Assembly (NCBI GenBank): GCA_038087875.1
Contig: JAXLNO010001769.1
Span: 1-64,000, forward strand
Direction of reading: 5' to 3'
DNA from: Malacoraja senta
Taxonomy: Eukaryota
DNA: 64,000 nucleotides
Positions 1-10,054 of the stretch are shown in pieces (position 1 is the stretch's first letter; each line of letters opens with the position of its first letter). Under the pieces are notes generated by a model. It was given only the letters and a program-made list of their open reading frames with translations, was not told the origin of the DNA and did no database searches. A program made the position numbers and the translations under genes.

Positions 1-19
1 GTTGTCCCATCAAGAGCGG

Positions 20-375
20 TAAACACTTTAGGTCTGCATTCCTTGGAGTGTAGAAAGTGATGAGTGACCTTATTCACACATGCAATATCTTAAGGGGCTT
101 TTCATGATAGATGTTGAGATGTTTCACTGGTGGGAAAGTCTAAAAACAATGGGAAACAAGTAGAGAATAAGGGACCAGTTGTTTAAAACTGAGGTACATA
201 AAAATCACTTTTTTCAGAAGGGTGTGAATCGCTGGAATTCTGTGCCCAGAGGTGGTGGTGGCTAAGGCATTAAATATGCTTATGAACAGATAGAGAAAGC
301 TTTGAAAGATTCAGGCAATTGAGGGTTTTGGGGTAATGGAACAGAGGAGGAGTCGTCCACTCCTGCTATTTTTAC
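20..375 (+). mobile_element. Old CR1 LINE 3' fragment
   Basis: Decayed similarity to the 3' ends of the younger CR1 copies in this window (tggaattctgtgcccagagg, gagggttttgggg…ctcctgct). Confidence 0.65.
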
Positions 376-440
376 TTGTGTTGTTGACGATTACCCTCAT
401 GAATAAAGTTAGAACGTGCAACCAACATTTCAATCAGAGG

Positions 441-972
441 GGCCTCGGAGTGGCTCAGCAGTAGAGTTACTTCCTTGCAGTACCTGTGACTCCGGTTTGA
501 TCCTGACTAAGGGTGCTGTCTGTACCAACTTTGTATGTTCTCTCTTATGACTGCATGGGTTTTCACCTGGTGCTTCGGTTTCCTCCCAGTTCCAAAGACC
601 TGCAGGTTTATAGGTTAATTGGCATCTGTAAATTGTCCCATGTGTATAGGATAGAACTGTGTAGGCAGCACGGTGATGCAAAGGGGTGGCACGGAGTAGC
701 AGCGGTAGAGTTGCTACCTTGCAGTGGCAGAGACCCAGGTTTGATCCTGACCATAGGTGCTGTATGTATGGATTTTTTACGTTCTCCCCGTGACCTGTGT
801 GGGTTTTCTCTGGGGGTTCCAGCTTCCTCCCACACTCCAAAGACATGCAGGTTTGCAGGTTAATTGGCCCCAGGTGTGTGTAGGATAGTGTTACTGTGGG
901 GGGATCACTGGTCAGCACAGACTCAGTGGGCCTAAGGGCCTGTTTCAAGGCTGTACCTCTAAACCAAACTAA
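441..972 (+). mobile_element. Two adjacent HE1/V-SINE-like tRNA-derived SINEs
   Basis: tRNA-like head (gcagcggtagagttg…ggtttgatcct), central ggtttcctcccacactccaaagac domain, and CR1-type tail gggcc…tgtttc…ctctaaaccaaactaa. About 20 further copies occur in the window. Confidence 0.85.
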
Positions 973-1864
973 TCTAAGGAGCTGAGGCCAACTGAACAGT
1001 GATCATTTTATTGAATGGTGGGACAAGTTTGGTGACTATTCGCAGGGGCTGATAGCCTACTACTGTTCTATTTCCTCCTGTTCTTGATAGTTCCCCTCAT
1101 GGAGGAAACTAGACCTTGGAGGCCAAGGTTTCAAACTGAGGAGAAAATTGTTTTATTTTTCTCCCAGATGATAACGAATGGTGGGAATTTTCAACTACAG
1201 AGTGTAGATTCATTACGTTACTGAGAAGGATGGATTTGTTTCTTTGGGAAGTTGTGAGTTACTGGCTACAGACTCTTCTGGTCAACAGTAGATCAGTCAT
1301 GACCTAATTGAGCTGCAGAACAGACTTTACTCATGGCCAACAAATATTTCATTTTTCTTGTGATCTCTACAATTACCCACTACAATCATTGCACTCTTAC
1401 TTGTTTATGATTGCACTCACGTATGGTGTATTATGACTGGATAGCATGCAAAACATGGTATTTCACCGTATTTTTGTACACATTACAATAATAAACTAAA
1501 CTTTAGGGAGAAGGGAGCAGAATAATGTGGCCTCTATCAGTGGTTGAGTAATATGGACTAAAACATTGGTTTGTACTTATTCTGCCAGTGGCTTGTGGGC
1601 CTATTCCTGCTTCTCCTTTCTTGTGTTCATGTATTTGATGTCTCTTGCTTACTGTGGTCACTGCTGTGAGTTATAACTCCAGTAACATAAGCAAATTAGT
1701 TCAGCACTATCCGAGCAAAATTAAAAGCATTTTTAAAAATGCAGACTTAAATCTGGTGTAGTGAGGGAGAAACACAGACATCTTTGGGTGGATTGAAATG
1801 ATTTTGGTTAAGAGCTGAAAATTAAAATGAATAGAAATTAACATTTTGACATTAGACTTCAGAG

Positions 1865-2130
1865 GTACATCACAGAAGCAGGCCCTTCAGCCCACCGAGT
1901 CCTCGCTAACTCCCCGTACAATAGTACTATACCACGACAGGTGACAATTTATAATTTTACCAAAGCAAATCAACCTAAAAACCTGTACTTCTTTGAGATG
2001 TGGGAGGAAACTGGAGCACCAAGAGAAAAACAATGCAGTCACGGGGAGAATGTACAAACACCGTACAGACAGCACCGTTAGTCAGAATCGACCTGAGTCT
2101 CTGCTGCTATAGGCAGCAACTCTACCGTTG
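1865..2130 (-). mobile_element. HE1/V-SINE-like SINE
   Basis: Reverse complement of the same SINE consensus. Confidence 0.8.
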
Positions 2131-2754
2131 CAACACTGAGGATATCTTGAATTACAAAAGCAATATTTTGGGCTCATCACCAACCATACCAGCACCTGCA
2201 TTCTTTATATGGTACATTAATATGGAGTTTATTGCATTGAAACAGGCCCACAAGCCTGCCCTGTTGTTCAATACAATCCCTCAGTCATTCCTGATCTGGT
2301 TTGATTAGGATGCAAATAAAAGCTTTTCACTATATCACAATACAAGTGACAATAATAAACCAATCCCAATGCTATTGTGTAAGTTCTCCCCATATCTGAT
2401 AGATAGATCCTTGATACATTTGTAGACACCATCGCCGTCTATATCCACCACCATTTGCTGCACAGTTTCAATGTCCAAACTAGCTTCCAATATAACGGTT
2501 TTACAGAATTCCATTTTGAGTTGAAAGATACAACATGGAAACAGGCCCTTCAGCCCACCATGCTGACCACCAGTCACCCCTTCACACTAGTTCAATGTTA
2601 TCCCACTTTTTTGTCCAATCCCCACACACGCTAGGGGAAATTTACAGATGTCAATTAACTGACAAACCCACACACCTGTGGAATGTGGGAGAAAACCAGA
2701 GCACCCGGGAAGAACCCAGTTGGTCACAGGAAGAAGGAACACAATCTATACAGT

Positions 2755-2960
2755 AGCTAGACAAAAATGCTGGAGAAACTCAGGGGGTGAGGCAGCATCT
2801 ATGGAGCGAAGGAATAGTTTTGGGTCAAGACCCTTCTTGGAGGGTTTCGACCGGAAACGTCGCCTATTCCTTTGCTCCATAGATGCTGCCTCACCCGCTG
2901 AGTTTCTCCAGCGTTTTTGTCTACCTTCGATTTTTCCAGCATCTGCAGTTCTTTCTTAAA
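2755..2960. mobile_element. Inverted pair of Penelope pseudo-LTR (pLTR) fragments
   Basis: The left arm (aaatgctggagaaactcag…gaaggaatag) is the reverse complement of the right arm (ctattcctttgctccatagatgctg…agcgtttttgtc). The same sequence terminates the coding Penelope copies. Confidence 0.8.
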
Positions 2961-3234
2961 GAAAATCTACACAGACAATACCAGGGGTCAGGATCTAACG
3001 CTGGTCTCTGGTGCTGTGAGGCAGCAGCTCTACCTGTTGTGTACAGTGTTTGGTTTCCTCCTTTTTGTTCTGCATTGTAATGATTCAAGTCAGGATAGGC
3101 GATTGGATTGATGGGTATCCTGAATCATAACATAAGGAGCAGTTAGCAGCATAAGAATGGAGCGTTATCTGAAACGTAATTACAGTTCCAGGCAACTACG
3201 CCCTGCCTTTCCATTCCATTTGCTATAGAGTGCG

Positions 3235-3515
3235 AAAAAACCAAAGTGCTGGAGTAACTCAGCAGGTCGGGCAACATCTCTGGAGGACATTGACAGGCGC
3301 TGTTTCAGATTGGGACCCTACTTCAGACTGACAATAGTCACCTATCCTTTTTCTCCAAAGATGCTGCTCGACCCGTTGAGTTACTCCAGCGCTTTGTGTC
3401 TATCGTCACCTATCTATGCCCTCCGGAGTTGTGACCTGACCTGTTGAGTTACACCAGCACTTTGTGTCTTTTGTTGTTGTAAATCAGCATCAGCACCTCC
3501 TCGTGTCTCCATTGC
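3235..3515. mobile_element. Inverted Penelope pLTR fragments upstream of the leader exon
   Basis: gctggagtaactcag… followed by the complementary …gagttactccagc copies. Confidence 0.75.
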
Positions 3516-3548
3516 AGTCAATTGTTTCCTGCTGGTTCAATGACATCG

Positions 3549-3591
3549 CTCGACAACTGGTGTCGACCCGTGGTATTTTTATTCTGATTGC
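3549..3591 (+). promoter_or_regulatory. Possible degenerate X-box/Y-box (SXY-like) promoter module of the class I gene
   Basis: CTCGACAACTGGTG…TATTTTTATTCTGATTGC lies about 75-120 nt upstream of the ATG and resembles MHC X1 and Y boxes in order and spacing. An RFX-like GTTCCAGGCAAC sits at 3185-3196. The matches are degenerate. Confidence 0.3.
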
Positions 3592-3665
3592 ATGATGAGA
3601 TCCTGCTTTGATGTTGGTGAAGTTTGGCTCAGTTGCTGCTGTTGATGTGAGAGGTTGTGCGTGAA

Positions 3666-3717
3666 ATGATTCTGTTCATCTTGTTGAGTTTCTTCCGCGT
3701 ACAAGGGGCTCAAGCAG
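3666..3717 (+). CDS. MHC class I-like gene, leader (signal peptide) exon
   Basis: ATG at 3666 gives MILFILLSFFRVQGAQA plus 1 nt, a hydrophobic signal ending A-Q-A. It ends at CAG|GCAAGT (GC-type donor) in phase 1. G plus the GG of the alpha1 exon gives Gly1 (…AQA/GPHTL…). The surroundings are non-repetitive and contain CpGs. Confidence 0.75.
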
Positions 3718-3989
3718 GCAAGTTAATGATTCTCATTTTATTCGCTACTGGCTAAAAGCGTCTTGGCTTTATCTCAATCTTGACCGGAGGCGACTGAGTT
3801 TAAAAAAGCGCGCAATACACATTCAGTCTGATTCATGGTTCATGCGGACGGACGTTAAAAGGGTTTAATCTCCACTGTTTCAGTACAATCCAGACTGGAA
3901 TTTCTGCTTTGATTTGCACAATGCCCCGTTTCCTCTGTGGAAGAAGGAACTGCAGATATTGGTTTAAACTGATTTTAACTCGTGTAAAA

Positions 3990-4925
3990 CAAACAGGAGC
4001 GAGGCATGCACTAGGGTTTCCTCGCTGCTCCGCTCTTGCTCTCCCTTCCCCCCACATTCGTAACAAGGACAGAGTCCCCCTTGTCCTCACCTTCCACCCC
4101 ATCAGCCGTCGCACAGCATATGATCCTCCATCATTTTTTGCCACCTCCAACAGGATCCCACTACTGGCCACATCTTCCCATCTCCACCTCTTTCTGCTTT
4201 CCGTGGAGACCATTCCCTCCGAAATTCCCTGGTCAACTCGTCCTTTTCCACCCAAACCACCCCCTCCCCAGGTACTTTCCCCTGCAACCGCAGGAGATGC
4301 AACACGTGTCCCTTTCCCTCCCTTCTCGACTCCATCCAAGGACCCAAACAGTCTTTCCAGGTGAGGCAGAGGTTCACTTGCACCTCCTCCAACCTCATCT
4401 ACTGTATCCGCAGTTGCAGGTGTCAACTTCTCTACATCAGTGAGGCCAAGCACAGGCTCGGCAATCATTTCACTGAACTACTCCGCTCTGTCCATCTTAA
4501 CCTACCTGATCTCCTGGTTGCTCAGCACTTCAACTTCCCCTCCCATTCACAATCTGACCTTTCTGTCCTGGGCCTCCTCCATTGTCAGGGTGAGGCCCAG
4601 TGCAAATTGGAGGAATAGCACCTCATATTTCACTTGGGTAGTTTACACCCCAGCGGTATGAACATTGACTTCTCTAACTTTAAATTGCCCTTGCTTTCCC
4701 TCTCTATCCCCTCCCCCTTCCCAGTTCTTCCACTAGTCTTAGTGTCTTCAACTACATTCTATCTTTGTCCCGTCAACTCCCCTGACATCAGTCTGAAGAA
4801 GGGTCTCGACCCGATAGGTCGCCCATTCCTTCTCTCCAGAGATGCTGCTGGCCTGCTGAGTTACTCCAGCATTTTGTGTCTACCTTCGAGTTAAACCAGC
4901 ATCTGCAGTTCTATCCTACACAAAG
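3990..4925 (+). mobile_element. Penelope-like element 3' fragment (GIY-YIG region plus pLTR), frameshifted
   Basis: Peptides NKDRVPLVLTFHP and RQRFTCTSSNLIYCIRSCRCQLLYISEAK, followed by the pLTR with ctgaagaagggtctcgaccc. Confidence 0.9.
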
Positions 4926-5139
4926 TGCATTGTTTGACAGGTTCAAGTTTATGGCCAAATTCCTCGTATGTTGCAAAACATACTTGGCGAATAAAGTGTG
5001 ATTCTGATTCTGATTGATCTGATTCTGAAATGTGGGAAGAGAGCGAGGCACTAGTACAATGCAAAATCATTAAAAGATTAGCACACACTGTGGATTTTGC
5101 TATTGACTGAGTGACAACTCTTAGCTCCAAACGTGCGGT

Positions 5140-5680
5140 CGTCACGTTTATGTTGTTTAGTAGTGATGTGGATAAGGGGATTGAATGTTTTGTGGCGAAG
5201 TTTGCAGATGATGCTAAAATAGGGGGAGGGGCAGGCAGTGTAGAGGATGCAAGGACTTTGCAGAAGGACTTGTTCGGGTTAGGAGAGTGGGCAGAGAAGT
5301 GGCAGATGAAATCCAGTATAGCAAAGTGTGGAGACATGCATTTTGGTAATAAGAATAAAGGCGTAGATTATTTTACAAATGGAGAGAGAATCCAGAAATC
5401 GGAGGCACACAGTGACATGGGAGTGTTGGTGCAGGACTCCTAAAAGGTTAATTTGCAAATTGAATCGGTAGTCAGGAAGGTGATTTATATCAAGAGGACT
5501 GGAATACAAAAACAGAAAATGCCGCCCGATTTGTAAGAGTGTCAAAGGTCACAGGGAGATGACAGGAGAACGGCACTGAGAGGGAACGATAGGTCAGCCA
5601 TGATTAAATTGTGGAGTAAACTCGATGGGCTGAACAAACAAATTCTGCACCTTTGACTTATGAAGTGAGTCAAAGTTCAG
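5140..5680 (+). mobile_element. CR1 LINE RT fragment
   Basis: Peptide DKGIECFVAKFADDAKIGG…DLFGLGEWAEKWQM…KCGDMHFG. Confidence 0.88.
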
Positions 5681-8600
5681 AACATGAGGGATGATCTTTT
5701 TATTTCTCCCCAGACTGGTGTGTCTGGAACCAAAATTCACAGTTTAAAAATAAGGCTTCAGACATTCTTATGGCACCAAAACATGGTGACACTTGTGTAT
5801 TGCCTAGGTTAGGTCTGCTATATGATTTTACCGTTGTATGCGAAACAAAGTATTTCACTGTACCTAGGTGCATGTGACAATAAAATATCATTGAATCGTT
5901 GAATTCAGTGCAGTAATGAGATGAAATCTTTTCACCCAGAGGGTAATTAGTCTTTCAAATTCTCTGTCCAAGAAGGCTGTGGGCATTCAGTCAATCAGAT
6001 GCTTGAGGCAGGGATAGGAAGATGCTTGGATACAAAAGGAATCCAGAATTCGGAAAAATGGTTGTCTGCTGGAGGATCGGTTATGATCTTATAGAATATC
6101 AGAGATTGGGAACAAAGGATGAATGGCAACATTTTGCTTAGGTTAGGTTTGATCCCACTCCACAAGAGAATCCAGAAGGAAAGAGAGTATAGAATGTTCA
6201 ATTGTCATATGTGCTGACTACAATACAATAACATTCATGTAGCAGCTTAGCAGACCTGTAAGACAATACAAATAGATAACATACTAAAAATTCAGTAAAT
6301 TGATAATCCCCAAATCTGTGCAAAAACACCGCAAATGGTTAGTTTAACCAAAGACAGTCCATAGGTCTACAGGGTCCGACTCGACACATTACCTATCCAT
6401 GCTGCCTGATCTGCTGAGTTACTCCAACACTTTATTTTGTTCATTAATCATAGCTGAGTGTAGTGTCGTTCAGGGTTCAATATACGGGAAGATTTTAATG
6501 ATCACATTCCAGCACGCATCTCCAGAGCCAAACAAAACAATGACATTCTCCTTTGATGGTAATAATCTAATTTGGTGAAAGGTGAAAGGCTTAGATATAA
6601 AGAATAACATTTATAGCAGTTCCAATGTAGGAAAATGCTTCAATGAGATTCGTAAGAATATTATTCTGTAACATTTTACTTCGAGCAGTATAATGGCATG
6701 ACATGACAATTAGCAAAATAAACGTTTAAGGTGCATCTTAAAGGAAGAATAAGATGTAGGGATATTTAGAGAGCAATTCTATGACTTAGGCCTGCTCTTC
6801 AGATGGAATACTTAAATTTGTGAATAATCAGGAAGTTATACTGCCCGGTTCATCGTGGGTTCTGACCTCACCACCATCTAAGGGATCCACACGAGACGCT
6901 GCCTCAAAAAGGAAGCCAACATCATCCCCCTGGCCACGCTTTCATTACCTCCCACCATGGGGAAGAAAGTATAGGTGTCTGAAAACCATGACAACCAGGT
7001 TCAAGAATAGCTTCTTCCCAACAACTATCACGCACTTGAACAATACACAACGCTAACCTCAACTGTGAAATTGTATGGACTGTATGCATGCCGAGGGAGG
7101 AGCTGCGTAGGAAGGAACTGCAGATGCTGGTTTAAACCGAAGATAGACACAAAATGCTGGAGTAACTCAGCGGGTCCGACAGCGACTCTGGAGAAAAGGA
7201 ATAGGTAGCGTTTCAGGTCGAGACCATTCTTCAGACTGATAGTCAGGGGAAAGGGAAACGAGAGATACAGGCGGTGATATAGAGAGATATAAGAACAAAT
7301 GATTGAAAGATATGCTTTGAATGAAAGAGCTGTTGGTCTTAGATATTTAAATACAATGATCAGAGTTTAAAATCTGAATATTTTTCAATCAGAAAGATGA
7401 TGGGTGAATGGGATGGAGCAAGTTAGCACAATGATGACAAAGTTTGAAGAAGGGCCTCAATCTGATACATCACCCATTCCTATTCTCCAGAGATGCTGCC
7501 TGACCCACTGAGTTATTCCAGCATTTTGTGTCTATCGCTAAGTGCTGGAGTAACTCAGCTGGTCAGGCAGCATCTCCGGAGAACGTGGCTAGATGACGTT
7601 TAGGGTAAACACCCTTCCCCAGAGTGAAGAAGGGGTCTTGACCCGAAACATCTATCCATCATCACATATCCGTGATCTCCAGGGATGCTGCCGGACCCAC
7701 TAAGGTGCTCCAGCACTTTGCGTCTCTTTGTGAACCAACATTTGTAGTTCCTTGTTTCTTCAATGTAAATTGACTGTCATTTGTAGGTAAGTGATAGAAT
7801 CTGGAGAGAGATGATGGGAACTTGCAGAGAATAAGAATGGGTTGGTCAAGAGCAAGAGTTTAATTGTCATCTGTACTGGCAATGGAACAATGAAATTCTT
7901 ATACACATATTAAATATACAACAATCAATGGTACAATTAATTACTATTAGTTATACTCGGTAACCAGACCATAACAGTGGAAAAACAAACGTCCTTACTG
8001 CAACCAAAATAAAGTCCATCACAGATCAGAGTTGTTGAGGTAAGGTTGTGGTTAGTGTTGTGCAGTGTTTAAATGCCTGCTGCTCATGAGAAAAAAGCTG
8101 CTCTTAAACCTGGAGCTAACAGTTCTCAGGCTCTCTAACCTCAGAGACAGTTGATTGGTTCAACGGTATTTTATTTGTGGCAAGTACCGAGGTACAGTGA
8201 AATTCATTATTGTATACAGTTTAGTACAAGTATCACTATATATAAGTCCTTAGATACATCTTAGATAAGCATCTCAGATACAGTACAAGTGTATAGCAGT
8301 AGTACGCTGAGACAGTATACAGTGTCGCCAGTTTATGGTGCCATTTTCACGTCCCAGTTGTTGTAAGTGAGGGTTCTTGGGTTGACCATGAGGCCCATTG
8401 TCCTGGTGTTGTTGCAGGGTTGACCTGTCCAATCGAAGCTGTGGTGTCCTCTACTGCTGCAGGGCGCAACTGGTCCATGTGCCCGGCCTCTTGGAGCAGC
8501 ACCTGGAACAGCCGGATCCCAGGCTGCTGCAGGGCCTCCAGCACCCACACCACTGTTGAGGCAGTCCATTCCCTCCCGCAGCCTGTCTGCCTATAAGCCA

Positions 8601-10054
8601 TCCATCTGACTCCTTCCACTCTGGGCGGGCAAGCTGGGCCTTCCAGGTGGGTCCTCCATCCACGGTCCACAGCGAGCAAGAACTCAGTCCGTGATGGATG
8701 GGCCAGATCTTCCGGGCGAATTCCTGGTCCAGGGTGGCCGGCCCTGAGAGTATGGCCAGGGTGGTGTGGGTCTCTGATGATATTAGCTGTCTTTCTGAGG
8801 CAGCACCTCCTGTAGATCTATTCAATGGTGGGATGGAATGGTATGGAATGAGTGCTTCATGGTCAGAGTGGACTGTCGGCTGAAGGTTCTATTTGTGTGT
8901 CTCTGTGACTATATGTGTGGAGAATGCTTCGAAAGAGTAGGCGAAGGGGCATTCTAAATGATGGGATGCACATATCATTGTAAACGGGGCCCTCAAAGTA
9001 TTGATCTGTAAAATGCTAAATCTGCATTTCATTGCAGGGGACTAGTGTTTAATGGTAGCCAATCCACATAAACACTTGTCTCGTCTATGGAGAGTTTTGC
9101 AGACTGCTCCAATTACAATAAATTAATATATAACGAGTGGGGTACAAGAAGATACATTCCTTTTATCCATAGATGCTGCCTGTTCCACTGCGTTACTCCA
9201 GTATTTTGTCTCTATCTTTGGTGTAAGCCAGCATCTGCAGTGCCTTCCTACACAGACACAAGAAGGATCCCAACAATGAGTTCTGTTTGTATGGAGTTGA
9301 TACGTTCTCCCTGTGACCGCTCGGCTTTCCTCTGGGTGCTCAGAGGGCAGTGGAGGCCGGTTCTCTGGATACTTTCAAGAGAGAGCTAGATAGGGCTCTT
9401 AAAGATAGCGGTGTCAGGGGATATGACAAGAAGGCAGGAACGGGGTACTGATTGGGGATGATTAGCCATGATCACATTGAATGGCGGTGCTGGCTCGAAG
9501 GGCCAAATGGCCTACTCCTGCACCTATTGTCTATTCTCTATTGTCTATTGTTTCGTCCCACGTTCCAAAGACGTGTGGGTTTGTAGGTTTATTGGCCGCT
9601 GTAAATTGCCCCTAGTGTGTAGGATGTGAAACAGGGAAAACATAGAACTAGTGTATGGGTGATTGATGGTCAGTGAAGACTCAGTGGGCAGAAAGGCCAG
9701 TTTCCATGCTGCATCTGTTAAAAAAGATTGGTGAGCATGATACCCGAATTCAAACGTCACAGAGAAACCAACACATTTTAGTTTGTACAGACAAGAACAC
9801 CCAAGAATGTTTGTATTCAAACAGACCAACAAAGTAATAAAGGTTTGCAGGTACAAAGACCAACAGTGAGCATTGCTTAATCTAATCTTATACTCAGAAC
9901 ATTGTAGACGTAGGGCATTCAGCACAGGGAGGCTGTCCCATTGAGGGGGACGAGAACAAATGAGGTACTGTGGGGATGGGGGCGCCACCAAGAATGAAGG
10001 GGGAACTGGTGGGGATGGTGTCTGCTGCCATGTGCGGCAACAGGCAGTGGATAG

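Noticed and set aside
421-434. 14-mer accaacatttcaat matching the hairpin arm at 30766-30779
   Set aside because: A single short AT-rich match with no flanking similarity.
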